From Mobula hypostoma (lineage: Eukaryota): a DNA stretch of 64,000 nucleotides. The notes under the pieces were generated by a model. The model was not told where the DNA came from. It did not search any database and saw nothing but the letters and a program-made list of their open reading frames with translations. Location: positions 32,366,001 to 32,430,000 of the forward strand of contig NC_086097.1 in assembly GCF_963921235.1 (NCBI RefSeq), read 5' to 3'. Both the position numbers and the translations under genes were made by a program. Shown piece by piece: positions 10,901-23,565 of the stretch. Each line of letters opens with the position of its first letter. The first letter of the stretch is position 1.

Positions 10901-13900
10901 TGTAGTTGTGAACTTCCCATGATTCAGGAAATTTACAAAGACAGTTGTGAAAAAAGGATCATTGGGGACCTGAGTCACCCCAACCACAATCGACTCCAGC
11001 TGCTACCATCCAGGAAATGGTTCTGCAGCATAAAAGCCAGGACCAACAGGCTCCGGGACAGCTTCTTCCACAAGGCCATCAGACTGATTAACTCACGCTG
11101 ATCTGAGTGTATTTCTATGTGACTGTTTATTATAAATTATTATGATTGCACATTTAGAGACGTAATGTAAAGATTGTTACTCATGTATGTGAAGGATATA
11201 AGAAATAAAGTCAATTCAGTTCAATACTACAGCCACATGATCATATGCAGGATGTTAATTGAGTGATAGATATTGCTCAGGACGGGACAGAATCCCTTCT
11301 TTGGGATTGTTGAGTTTCATTTATCCAAACATGCAGAAAGTCATTTGGATTAATAACCAGCACAACCTTAGGAAGTGTTTGGTGACAGGATAGCATGTCC
11401 AAAGTGTTTAGCAGAACAACAGAAGCAGCAGCCACAACAGCTTCAAAATAAACTCTTTTCCTCTCTCCCATCCACCCACTTACCCAGACCCAAGACCAGC
11501 ACTTTACTCCTGATGGACAGATGGGGTGAGGTGCATATTGGTCCTGTTAGGAGCACCATTTTAATCAGTAACTTCCCTTTACAGTACGCTGATTCGTTCA
11601 AGAAGCTTAATCCCATGAAGCAGGTGCCAGCGCTCTCCATCGATGGGATTGTCCTCTCCCAGTCGGTAAGGATGGCTCGTTTCTATTGAGTGGTTTTGTT
11701 ACTCTGTGATCTTGGAATTTGCCCAAGAGAAGGGTTCAAGGCCTGTTTTTGCCCAGATATGTAAATTTTTACTTTATTACTCAGACCTGCCTTGTTATCT
11801 CAAATGGTGAACATAGAGATTATGCGGATGCTGGAAATCTTGAGAAATGCACAAAATGCTGGAGGAACTCAGCAAGTTACGCAGCATTCATGGAAGGGAG
11901 CAAACAGTTGACAATTTAAGCCAAGATCCTTCATCATACAGAATCTAGAATAATAAGCTGGGGGGGTTGTGGAGGGGAAGCGTACAAGCTGGCAGGTGAG
12001 AGGCTAGTAGCTTCTCACGTCAACCCACCCACCTTCAGGTTCAGATTCATTTATTACATGTACATTAAAACATACAAAGAAATATCATTTGCATCAACAA
12101 CCAGCACAGTCCCAAGGATGTGCTGGGGCAAGCTGCAAGTATTGCTATGCTGCCAGCACCAACATAGCCTGCAGCATATGTCTTCCAAAGACCTAACCGA
12201 TATGTCTTTGGAAGGTGGGAGGAAACCCACGTGGTCATGAGGAGGATGTACGAACTCCTTACAGTGGTGGGAATTGAAACCTGATTATTGGCACTACCAT
12301 ACCATGCAAATTGTTTTGTAAATTTTAGGTTTTTCTGTGTGAACGAATCCAGTCTTTAACACACAATTCTGGTTGTTTGTTACTTTCTCTGCTGATGGTA
12401 GATGGCCATAATTCATTACCTGGAAGAGACTAGACCCAATCCACGGCTGTTGCCCGCTGATCCCAAGAAACGTGCCCAAGTCCGCATGATCTCTGATCTC
12501 ATTACCTCTGGGATCCAGCCCCTACAGGTATGGCTTTGGTTCCAGTGCATACCCCACCAGTCTGGTTCCACCTTCGCTTGCCCTGCGAATTCTTTGTGCT
12601 TTCAGTTGTTTGACAGAGAGCAGCAGTTCCTCTCTCTGCCCCTCGCAAGTTTGGTCTGTTACACACATCTGGCTGCACATGTGGAGTATTATTTTACTAT
12701 TTTCACATACCAAGTGTGTTGGATCTAGTGATATTGATCCAGGGGTTCCTCAGAAGTCAAGAATGAGGCATTAAACTTGGTGGTTTCCCATGGTTTAAGT
12801 GTAACAAGAGCAAAGAAAAAAGAAAAATAAGTTAGTCATTTCATACTCTGATTTGAGATAAAACACATTCCATTGATAGAATGAAATCTGTGAAATAGCC
12901 AGATTTAAAGGGGCATGACACCTGCTACAGAAAAACTGAGAAGCTTCTAGAAAATACAGCATCAGCCATATTAGAATCACTGGAAAATTCATTGAACACT
13001 TACCTGCATATAGGTGATTACACAAAAACTATAAGCAAGCATAGGAAAGTTAGTCCACAAGAAAAATAATAATTCAACACCCTAATCTAACTACAGTGAA
13101 AGTTTCGATAGTGTGTTATTCAGACAGATGATTCCATACATCAGTATATCAAGGTGGTAGAAAGTTACTGAAAAAGTGCACAGTAGGTAAACAAAGTTCA
13201 AGGGCCATGATGAGATAGATTGGGTGTTTATCATACAAGTCTGATACGTTTGTCAGAAGCAGTCTTTGAGCCTGATGGCATGTGATTTCTGGCTTCTGTA
13301 TCTTCTGCCTGATTGGAGGGGGAAGAAGAGAAAATAATCAAGGTGGGTGAAGTTGTTGATCATGCTGGCTGCTTTTCTGAGGCAGTGAAAAGTGTGGACG
13401 AAGTTGATTGACAGAGGGCTGGATTGTGTCTGAAGTTCTGAATAACCATGGGAGGGGTTAGTTGGGCTGAGTTGTTTTACTGTCTCTAGAATGAGCATAT
13501 TGTCACAGTGCTCTCTGATCTTTCAGAACCTGGGTGTGCTGCAAAGGGTAGGAGAAGAGAAGAAGCTAGACTGGGCCCGACACTTCATCATCAACGGGCT
13601 GCAGGGTGAGATCAGGCGATCATGTCGTGTTGGATGGCTGCTGTTTAATGTTCTTGTTCAGTTTACCTCACACCTCAGTACCTCCTCACTCCTCCTGATC
13701 AAACCCTTTAGATTCTATTGTTCAACAAGTCCTCAACAGCCTTCTAAACTTACCTGTAGTCCAGTTGCCCCTGTGCTAACTTAGATTTGTATAGTTATAC
13801 AGAATGGCCCAGTAAAAGTCCTTTGGCCCAACTTGTTCAAGCTGATCAAAGTGCAGTCAAATGGAATTCATGGAGATGGATGTTTGACTCCCATTCCTCT

Positions 13901-16900
13901 AAATCTTCCCTCTCTGAACTTTCCAATGTTGTTATTAATACTGCAATTGTATCTATCTCAATCACCTCTTCCAGCTGCTTCTTCCATATACCCATCACCC
14001 TCTGTGTGAAAGTTCCCCTCAGGTCCCCTTTAAATCTTTTCCCCTTTCTCCTTAACCTCTGCCTTGTATTTCCTGTACCCTGAAGAAAAAACTGACCATC
14101 TACCTCACTTATGCCCCTCGTGACTTATAAACCTCTCAGATCACCACCCAGCCTCCTATGCTCTAGGGAGAGCAGTGCCAACCTATCTAGTCTTTCCTTA
14201 TAATTTGAGCGCCCCCCCCCCCCCAAAGTCCTGGCAATATCCTTGTGAAACTTGACAGGTGGCATGGTAGCATAGTGGTCAGTACATTCACTTTGCATAC
14301 GAACGATCAGCGAGCGATTCCCTGCCACTATCTGTAACGAGCTTGTACATTCATCCTGTGACCACCTGGGTTTCCCCTCACATTCCAAAGACATACAGGT
14401 TAGGGTTAGGAAGTTGTGGGAATGCTTTGTGGACGCTGGAAGCACTTGTTGACTTTCTCCAGCACATCCTTGGCCTGTGTTGGTCATTGACACAAATTAA
14501 GTATTTCGCCATATGTTTCGATATACGTGTGAATATTACGCTATTCTTTAAACTCTCCTGTACTCTCCCTTGCTTACCATTACCCTGGTACTCACTGGCT
14601 CCTGTCTGAGTGGCTTAATATTAAAACCCTTATTTACAAAAGGTCTCATCCTCCCAACTCCACCCCACCTCCTTCAGATCTTTTGCACTCTGTACTTTGA
14701 CCTCCTACCTGTCTTGTCTTATTTCTCCATGCTGGTAAACACATTTTTCTAAACCTGGAATTATTTTTAAAGCTCCACTTTCTCTCCTTCAAGCAGCTTG
14801 GTAAAATCTGTCACCAAGTTCAGCGAAGTTTCTTTGACCAAAATTTTGGCCATTTGGCCTTAAATCCCTTTGTTGCTTAGTGCTGCAGCTTGGCCTGAGT
14901 TTACAAGGGATGTTTTACTAATGGCCCCATGTAACTAAGTTGTTTGGCTCATCTCGCTCTGATCCCATCTTTCTGCACTAATTTCTTTTGTCTTTTTTTT
15001 TTCCAGCTCTAGAGTGTCTCCTGCAACAGGTGTCAGGACGATATTGTGTCGGTGATGAGGTACGTACTGGCAAGCTTCCAAGTGGATATCGTGTTTAGAA
15101 TGAAAATGAAGGAGTTGGAATCAGTTTGTTTCATCAGATCATGTGCACAAGTACAGTGAGGTACAGGTAGAGTGAAACGCTTGCCTGCAACAGCATCACA
15201 GGCACATGGGTACAGAACATAAATTATTCGGACAGAGAAGAGAAAAAGACTGTGGAAGTCAAGATGGCACATTATCTCATTGAAACCTATTGAATATTGA
15301 AAGGACTAGATAGAGTGGACATGGAGAGGATGTTTCCTGTAGGTGGTGGGGCGGGGGGGGGGGGTGGGTGGTGATAGTGTAGGACCAGAGGGCACAATCT
15401 CAGAATGGAAGGTTGTCCCTTTATAACAGAGACAAGGAGAAATTTCTTTAGCCAGAGGGTGGTGAATCTGTGGAATTCATTGCCTCAGATGGCTGTTGAG
15501 GCCAAGTCATTGAGTATATTTAAGGCAAAGGTTGTAGGTTTTTGATTAGTAAGGGTGTCAAAAGTTATGGGAAGAAGGCAGGAGAATGGGGTTGAAGGGT
15601 ATAAATGATTCAGTTATGATAGAAGAGCAGAGCAGAGCAGATTCATTGGGCCAAATAGCCTAATTCTATGTCTGTCCTATGGTTTTAACGTAGTGTAGTG
15701 GTTATTGTAATGCTATTACAGCACCATCAACCTAGGTTCAATTCTGCTGTCCATAAGGAGTTTGTATTCTTTCCTCATGACTGCATGAATTTTCTCCAGG
15801 TGCTCTCAGGTTCTAAAGATGTACAGGTTAGATTATTATTTGGCCAGTTGGATGTAATTGGGCGCTGCAGGTTTGTACGGTCAGAAAAGCCTGTGACTGT
15901 GCTATACCTCTAAATAAATAAATAAACATAAATAAAAGATATTATTGCAACAAGAAGACACGTCTATGGTAGAGTGAGAGATGGTCTGTAGTGTTCTCTT
16001 GCTGTGGTTGGTTAGGCTTGTGTTAGTTCATTCCAGAGCCAGATGGTTGAAGGGAAGTAGCTGCCCCTGAACCTGATGGTATGGGACTTCAGACTTCATT
16101 AACTCCTGCCATTTGTAGCAGGAGCAGGGATCCTTTATGTTGCCTTCCTGAGGTAAGCTGGATGATTATTAAATGGTAACTTGGGTTATTAAATGGTAAA
16201 TTAGTTTATATAGATTCTTGTTTCATTATTGTTGCATGTACTGAGGTGCAGTTTTGCAAGCCATCCAGACAGATCTTTTCTTTACATCAATGATTGAGTT
16301 AATACAATGGAAAACAATAACAAAATGCAGAATAAAGTAACACATGTAAAACTTTTAGTGCATTGACCTTCATAAGTCAAAGTATTGAGTACAGGAGCTG
16401 GGATGTTATGTTGAAATCCTGTAAGGTGTAGGACCGGCAAAATGTGGAGCATTGTAAGCAGCTCTGGGAAACAACCTACAGGAAAGATGTCAATTAGGTT
16501 GAAGAGTGCGGAGAAGATTTACAAGGATGTTGCCAGGACATGAAGACCAGAGTTATAGGGAAAGATTGAATTGATTAGGACTTTATTCACTGGAGTGTAG
16601 GAGAATGAGGGGAGATTTAATAGAAGTATAAAAAATTATTAGAGATGTAGATAGGGTAAATGTGAACAGGCTTTTTCCACTGAGGTTGGGAGAGATATGA
16701 ACTAGAGGTTATGGGTTAAGGGTGGAAGGTGAAATATTTAAGGAAACACTGAGAGGGAACTTGTTCACTCACAGTATAGTGCGAGTGTGAAATGAACTGC
16801 CGGTAGAGGTGGGTTTGATGTTAATGTTTAAGAGGTTTAGATTACTAAATTGATGGGAGAGGTATGGAGGGCTGTGATCCAGATGCAGGTCGATGGGACT

Positions 16901-19550
16901 AGGCAGAAGAGCAATTCAGCATGTACTACATGGCCTAAAGGGTGCGTTTATGTGCTGCAATACTCTATTACTCTGAGCTTTACTTGCTCCCTCACCACGT
17001 GCTGGGTGCCGAGGTCCCTGTGGGACATTAATCAGGAGCTATGGTACGACTGATCTAGTAATATGATTTTGTGCTTTCCAGGTGACGATGGCAGACCTGT
17101 GTCTGGTCCCACAGGTGTACAATGCGGTGAGGTACAGTTCTAGTCATCCTTTTGGCAATTATCTCAGTAAATAAATAAATACAAATCAAATCCATACATA
17201 ATGACTTCAGGGTAACAGTTTCCAAACTTCACTCTGTCTGTGGCTCCCCCAGCCCCACTCTCAGCCCTCAGGCTGTTGCTGGAGTAGACAAGATATAACT
17301 TTTCAACCCTCCCAAAACACATTCCTTGCAAATTGTTTTAAAACTCATACCCTAGCTTTCAAGCCATTCAGTGTCTCTACTTCCCAATTTCTGCAGACTC
17401 CTGTGTGTGTGTTTTTTTTAAATCTGAGATATCTATATCCAAATGTTGGCCGTTGATCACCCCAATTTTAAATGCTCTACCTTCCTAAGCACTGTCTCTC
17501 CATTTATGATGCTTCCCTACGTTTACATCTTTGAACAATGATATAGTCAGCTTTGTGTCAGTGTCAGATTTTGTAAACTTCAAGGACTGGAGGGCCGAAA
17601 CTGGCCTGTCCTGGGTGTGATTATGTATGGGGAGGTGCAAGAGGCCTGTTTTGGGATTTTTTTGCTGCTCCTTATGTTTTGCCAAGCATTGTGGGCATGC
17701 TGTTTGGTTTTGGAATGTCTAATGGCACTTGCAGGCTGCCCCCAGCACACCCTTAGGGTTGTGCTGGATGTTAGTGCAAATGACACAATACAGTGGCATG
17801 CAAACGTTTGGGTACCCCGGTCAAAATTTCTGTTACTGTGCATTGCTAAGTAAAAGATGAACTGATTTCCAAAAGGCATGAAGTTAAAGATGACACATTT
17901 TTTTAATATTTTAAGCAAGAAAACTTTATTTCCATCTTTTACAGTTTCAAAATAATAAAAGGAAAAGGGCCCCAAGCAAAAGTTTGGGCACCCTGCATAG
18001 CAGTACTTAATAACACCCCCTCTGGCAAGTATCACAGCTTGTAAGCGCTTTCTGTAGCCAGCTAAGAGTCTTTCAGTTCTTGTTTGGGGGATTTTTGCCC
18101 ATTCTTCCTTGCAAAGGACTTCTAGTGTTGTGAGATTCTTGGACCGTCTTGCATGCACTGCTCTTTTGAGGTCTATCCACAGATTCTCGATGATGTTTAG
18201 GTCGGGGGACTGTGAGGGCCATGGCAAAACCTTCAGCTTGCGCCTCTTGAGGTAGTCCATTGTGGATTTTGAGGTGTGTTTAGATTCATTATCCTGTTGT
18301 AGAAGCCATCCTCTTTTCATCTTTGGCTTTTTTTTTAAACAGATGACATGATGTTTGCTTCCAGAATTTGCTGGTATTTAATCTAATTAATTCTTCTCTC
18401 TACCAGTAAATGTTCCCCGTGCCATTGGCTGCAACACAAGCCCAAAGCATGATCAATCCACCCCTGTGCTTAACAGTTGGAGAGGTGTTCTTTTCATGAA
18501 ATTCTGCACCCTTTTTTCTCCAAACATTCCTTTGCCCATTGCGGCCAAAAAGTTCTATTCAAAAGGTTCAAAGGAACATCTAAACAAGCCTGATGCATTT
18601 TGGAAACAAGTCCTGTGGAATGATGAAGTTAAAATAGAACTTTTTGGCCAAAAGGGTGCAGAATTTCATGAAGAGAACACCTCTCCAACTGTTAAGGACA
18701 GGGGTGGATCGATCATGCTTTGGGCTTGTGTTGTTGCCAGGGGCATGGGGAACATTTACTGGTAGAGGGAAGAATGAATTCAATTAGATACCAGCAAATT
18801 CTGGAAGCAAACATCACACCGTCTGTAAAAAAGCTGAAGATGAAAAGAGGATGGCTTCTACAACAGGATAATGATCCTAAACACACCTCAAAATCCACAA
18901 TGGTCTACCTCAAGAGAAAAAGGTGAAGGTTTTGCCATGGCCTTCACAGTCCCCTGCCCTAAACATTATCAAGAATCTATGGATAGACCTCAAAAGAGCA
19001 GTGCATGCAAGACAGCCCCAGAATCTCACAGAACTTAGAAGCCTTTTGCAAGGAAGAATGGGCGAAAATCCCCCAAACAAGAACTAAAAGACTCTTAGCT
19101 GGCTACAGAAAGCATTTACAAGCTGTGATTCTTGCCAAAGGGGGTGTTAAGTACTGCCATGCAGGGTGCCCAAACTTTTGCTTCAGGCTCTTTTCCTTTT
19201 TTGTTATTTTGTAAAAGGTGAAAATAAAAGTTTTCTTGCTTTAAATATTAAAGAAATGTGTCATCTTTAACTTTATGCCTTTTGGAAATCAGTCCACCTT
19301 TTACTCGCTTAGCTATTCACAGTAACAGAAATTTTGACCGGGGCACCCAAACTTTTGCGTGCCACTGTATGTAACAAATCTGAATCATCTCCCCTATTAT
19401 ACACAAGTACACCTTGTTCTCTCCTACAGGTATAAGGTGGATATGGCTCCATTTCCTACCATTTCAAAGATCAACAAATCCCTCCTGGAACTAGAGCCAT
19501 TCAAAGTCAGTCACCCCTCCTGCCAACCTGACTCTCCTCCAGGACCATGA
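7924..19550 (+). CDS. GSTZ1: Glutathione S-transferase zeta 1 / maleylacetoacetate isomerase, spliced CDS: join(7924-7941,8079-8130,8619-8686,11585-11665,12402-12527,13527-13605,15007-15059,17082-17131,19430-19550), 648 nt, 215 aa
   Basis: Joined exons translate without stops to [30 protein letters not shown]...NPMKQVPAL...IQPLQNL...[36 protein letters not shown]...[12 protein letters not shown]. The zeta-class SSC active-site motif is present. All introns are GT-AG with compatible phases. Confidence 0.97.
8079..8130 (+). CDS. GSTZ1: GSTZ1 exon ([17 protein letters not shown])
   Basis: ttctttccag acceptor, GTGAGG donor, 52 nt, catalytic SSC motif. Confidence 0.97.
8619..8686 (+). CDS. GSTZ1: GSTZ1 exon ([23 protein letters not shown])
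   Basis: cactcag acceptor, GTACGT donor, 68 nt. Confidence 0.97.
8830..10205 (-). mobile_element. CR1 LINE, 5'-truncated, in GSTZ1 intron 3
   Basis: 373-aa RT ORF ([17 protein letters not shown]); CR1-type 3' tail repeats. Confidence 0.92.
10375..11225 (+). mobile_element. Rex1/L2-like LINE 3' fragment
   Basis: [25 protein letters not shown] motifs; aataaa and (ttca)-type tail. Confidence 0.8.
11585..11665 (+). CDS. GSTZ1: GSTZ1 exon ([27 protein letters not shown])
   Basis: ccctttacag acceptor, GTAAGG donor, 81 nt; GST cis-Pro loop NPMKQVP. Confidence 0.97.
12402..12527 (+). CDS. GSTZ1: GSTZ1 exon ([42 protein letters not shown])
   Basis: AG acceptor at 12400-12401, GTATGG donor, 126 nt. 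Confidence 0.97.
13527..13605 (+). CDS. GSTZ1: GSTZ1 exon ([26 protein letters not shown])
   Basis: tctttcag acceptor, GTGAGA donor, 79 nt. Confidence 0.96.
15007..15059 (+). CDS. GSTZ1: GSTZ1 exon ([18 protein letters not shown])
   Basis: poly-T ccag acceptor, GTACGT donor, 53 nt. Confidence 0.96.
17082..17131 (+). CDS. GSTZ1: GSTZ1 exon ([17 protein letters not shown])
   Basis: gctttccag acceptor, GTACAG donor, 50 nt; GST N-capping T-x-A-D motif. Confidence 0.96.
17791..19367. mobile_element. Palindromic (fold-back) Tc1/mariner DD34E-derived element with TA TSD
   Basis: TA|CAGTGGCA...TGCCACTG|TA ends. Both arms encode the transposase C-terminus (QQDN...[12 protein letters not shown]) in opposite orientations. 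Confidence 0.92.
19430..19550 (+). CDS. GSTZ1: GSTZ1 last coding exon ([39 protein letters not shown])
   Basis: ttctctcctacag acceptor, TGA at 19548-19550; HPxxQPD motif of GSTZ. Confidence 0.96.
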
Positions 19551-19829
19551 ATCAAGCAGCAAGGTGAGGGACTGCAAAGTAATTTGTAGCTCTATCAAAC
19601 ACTGCTTAGGGCTTGGAATATTGTGTTCAGTTCTGGTTGCCTTATTATGGGAAGGAGCTGGAAGCTTCAGAGAGGGAGCAGAGGAGATTTACCAGGAAGC
19701 TGCCTGGATTAGAGAGCATGTTTTGGGAGGATAGGTTGAGCAAGCTCGGGCTTTTCTCTTTGCACTGAAGGAAGATGAGAGGTGACTTGATGGAGGTGTA
19801 TAAGATGATAAGATGGATAGACCAAGTCT

Positions 19830-20250
19830 ACACACAAACTGTTGGAAGAACTCAGCAGGTCAGGCAGAATCTATGGAAATAGTTGATGTTTCAGGCCGAG
19901 ACCCCTCTTCAGGACTAGGGGTGGGGTGGGGGAGATGCTAGAATAAAAAAGGTGGGGGCAGGGGAAAGAGGGTAGCTGGAAGGTGATGGGTGAAACCAGG
20001 TGTGGGGAAAAGTCAAAGGCTGGAGAAGAAGGAATCTAATAGGGGAGGAGAAAGGGAAGGATGGGACCCAGTGGGAAGTAATAGGCAGGTAAGAAAAGGT
20101 CAGAGGGGTAATGGGGGAGAATTAGTTTTCCAGAAGCAATCAATATTCATGCCATCAGGTTGCAGGCTACCCAGACAGAATATAAGGTGTTGTTTCTCTA
20201 TCCTGAGGGCAGCTTCGTCTTGGACCGACACGTTGGAATGGGAATTAAAA
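19830..20250 (-). mobile_element. Penelope-like element remnant (GIY-YIG C-terminus plus terminal repeat)
   Basis: LRIEKQHLIFCLGSLQPDGMNID; hammerhead-like motif at 19881-19917. Confidence 0.75.
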
Positions 20251-20344
20251 TATTTGCTTAAAAAGCACAACATTGTGGCTGAAGGGCCTGTACTGTGCAA
20301 ATAGATTTTATGTTAACATTCTCACCTTTTGTCTTTTTCCTTAG

Positions 20345-20490
20345 GGTTTTGGTCACACTTTGAACCATATTGACACCTACAGCTGACAAATTAAGAACTG
20401 CAAATTATACCAATCAGTGGACTATCAACTTCTCTCCATTTTCACTTTTTTTTAATTAAAAGATGAATAAATTTAAAGATTGAAATTACC
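20345..20490 (+). other. GSTZ1: Putative non-coding terminal 3'-UTR exon of GSTZ1 with AATAAA at 20466-20471
   Basis: Donor AAG|GTGAGG at 19563/19564. Strong acceptor ctcaccttttgtctttttccttag ending at 20344. AATAAA about 120 nt further on. The intervening sequence is TE-derived. Confidence 0.55.
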
Positions 20491-21499
20491 TCTGTTTAAT
20501 TCTGTCAAGAAAATGCAACATTGAGCAGCCTGTAGGCAGGGCAGGCAGCAACACAAGGGTACGCTGCTTTGCTGTTTGGACGTCGGGACCTGCTGAAAGG
20601 GGATGGAAAGAGCATGTGAACAAAAGCAGCTGCTTAAGGAGCAGGTGTGGGACTGCATTACTGGGTAAAGAAACAGCAGAGTTGATTGGGAAACAGAGGA
20701 TAGAGGAGATGTGGCATTGCCTGTGGTTGGTTAATAAACTCATACTGAACTAGAAGATGATTAGCAGGGAGACAGAGCAAGAGAAAGACATCAAAACATG
20801 TGTCAATGACCAATACAGTCCAAGGATATGCTGAGGGCAGCCCACAGGTGTCACCAAACTTCCATGCAACAAAGCATGCCCACAAGTTACTAACCCAAAC
20901 TCATACGTACATGTTTGAATATGGTAGGAAACTGAAGCATCAGGAGGTCATGGAGTGAATGTACAAACTCCTTACAGGCAGTAGTAGGAATTTAACCCAG
21001 GCTGCTGGTACTGTGAAGAGTTACACTAGCTGGTAGACTAACCGGTGGCCCTGCTTGAGTCCAGGAGGTGGAGAAAGGCAGCCTCAGGTGCAGAGGATTG
21101 GCTGCTGTTCATCACAATTGGTTCAACCACTTCTCGCCCCAGTGGGACACAGCCATGCTTAAGTGCAAGCAGGCTTTCCCACCGAGGTTGGGTGAGACGA
21201 GAACTAGAAGTCATGGGTTCATGGTGGTACTAATGTGGACTGAGCTGCTAGAGGGGGTGGATGCATGTTTGACTGCAACATTTGGACAAGTACATAGATG
21301 GGAGGGCTATGACTGCTACCTCAGTATTTTGGTCTCTCTGCACATTTTTTTATATTGTAACTTAATGTTTATGTACTGCAGTGTACTGCTTACCACAAAA
21401 CAACAAATTTCATGTGTCAGTGATGCCATATTTCTGATTCTGGATGCCATCTCTCTGCCCACCTGTCTTGACAATGTGGAAAAATTTTTCTAGATCTTG

Positions 21500-21862
21500 G
21501 TGAGTGTGTGTGTGTGTGTGTGTGTATGTATGTGTATATATATATATGTATGTATATGTGTGTGTATGTATGTATATGTGTGTGTATGTATGTATATGTG
21601 TGTGTATGTATGTATATGTGTGTGTATATATATGTGTGTATGTATGTATATGTGTGTATGTATGTATATGTGTGTATGTATGTATGTGTGTATGTATGTG
21701 TATGTATATATGTGTATGTATATATATATATATGTATATATGTGTATGTATGTATATATATATGTGTATGTATGTATGTATATGTATGTATGTATATATA
21801 TGTATGTATGTATATATATGTATGTATGTATATATGTATGTATATATATGTATGTATGTATG

Positions 21863-21895
<33 letters not shown>

Positions 21896-22021
21896 GTGTA
21901 TATATATGTATGTATGTATATGTATGTATGTATATGTATATACATGTATGTATGTATACGTGTATGTATATGTATGTATGTATATGTATGTATGTATGTG
22001 TATGTATATATATATATATAT
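21500..22021. repeat. Compound (TG)/(TA)/(TATG) microsatellite, about 520 bp
   Basis: Alternating purine-pyrimidine repeats; source of the spurious YIHT/VCMY ORFs. Confidence 0.98.
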
Positions 22022-22898
22022 CCATATAACAATTACAGCACGGAAACAGGCCATCTCAGCTCTTCTAATCTGTGCCGAACTCTTACTCTCACCTAGTCCC
22101 ACCAACCTGCACTCAGCCCATAACCCTCCATTCCTTTCCTGTCCATATAGTTTTCCAATTTAACTTTAAAAGACAACATCGAACCTGCCTCAACCACTTC
22201 TGCTGGAAGCTCGTTCCACACAGCTACCACTCTGAGTAAAGAAGTTACCCCTAAACTTTTGCCCTTTAACTCTCAATTCATGTCCTCTTGTTTGAATCTC
22301 CCCCACTCTCAATGGAAAAAGCCTGTCCACATTAAATCTATCTACCCCCCTCATAATTTTAAATACCTCTATCAAGTCCCCCCTCAACCTTCTACACTCC
22401 AAAGAATAAAGACCCAATTTGTTCAACCTTTCTCTGTAACTTAGGTGATGAAACCCAGGTAACATTCTAGTAAATCTTCTCTGTACTCTCTCTATTTTGT
22501 TGACATCTTTACTATAATTCAGTGACCAAAACTGTACACAATACTCCAAATTTGGCCTCACCAATGCCTTGTACAATTTCAACATTACATCCCAACTCCT
22601 ATACTCAATGCTCTGATTTATACAGGCCAGCATACCAAAAGCTTTCTTCACCACCCTATCCACATGAGATTCCACCTTCAGGGAACTATGCACCATTATT
22701 CCTAGATCCCTCTGTTCTACTGCATTCTTCAATGCCCTACCATTTATCATGTATGTCCTATTTTGATTAGTCCTACCAAAATGTAGCACCTCACATTTAT
22801 CAGCATTAAACATCTTTCAGCCCACTCTTCTAACTGCCTGAATCTCTCTGCAAGCTTTGAAAACCTACTTCATTATCCACAACTCCACCTATCTTAGT
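22022..22898 (-). mobile_element. CR1 LINE 3' fragment
   Basis: ORF 22190-22813 ([24 protein letters not shown]); near-identical to the copy at 27641-28627. Confidence 0.9.
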
Positions 22899-22929
22899 TA
22901 TATTACACACTCTTACTTTCACTCACACA

Positions 22930-23565
22930 CTCAGAGATCTAGAAAAACTTGTACATGCATGCATTTTTAGTAGGCTTGACTACTGTAATAGCGTTTTCAC
23001 AGGTCTCTGTAAAAAATCCCTCAGACAGCTGCAGCTTATTCAGAACACTGCTGCTAGAATCCTCACTAAGACCAAGAAAGTAGAATATATCACTGCAGTT
23101 CTCAGATTGCTACACTGGCTTCCTGTCCATCAGAGGACTGATTTTAAAATATTACTACTGGTTTATTAAGCACTCGGTCTAGGGCCAAAATACATCTGAT
23201 CTCTTGCTGCATCATGAACCTTCCTGAGCTCTCAGGTTGTCTGGGGCAGGTCTGCTTACTGTCCCCAGGGTCAAAACTAAACACTGTGAAGCAGCTTTTA
23301 GTTACCATGCGCCACATATCTGGAATAACCTTCCAGAAGATCTGAAGTCTGCCAAAACTTTAAGCTCTTTTAAATCAAAGCTTAAAACTTTTTGCTATAG
23401 CTTTTGATTAGAATCTCCTGCACTGTAACTTCTATTTATCATGACTATTTTTTGTGATTTTATTTTCTTATATTGCCTGAAATTTGATATTTGATTTTAT
23501 ATATCTTGTTCTATCTAAAGCACTTTGAACTGGCTTGTGTTTGAAAAGTGCTATACAAATAAAAC
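22930..23565 (+). mobile_element. L2-clade LINE 3' fragment
   Basis: SRLDYCNS..LQLIQN.AAR..LHWLPV-like translation; 3' end aaagtgctatacaaataaa. Confidence 0.75.

Noticed and set aside
15340..15375. G-run with G-quadruplex potential
   Set aside because: Slippage-expanded run inside a decayed CR1; no evidence of function.
21410..22163. Six long ORFs (YIHT/VCMY-rich)
   Set aside because: Artefacts of a stop-free microsatellite.
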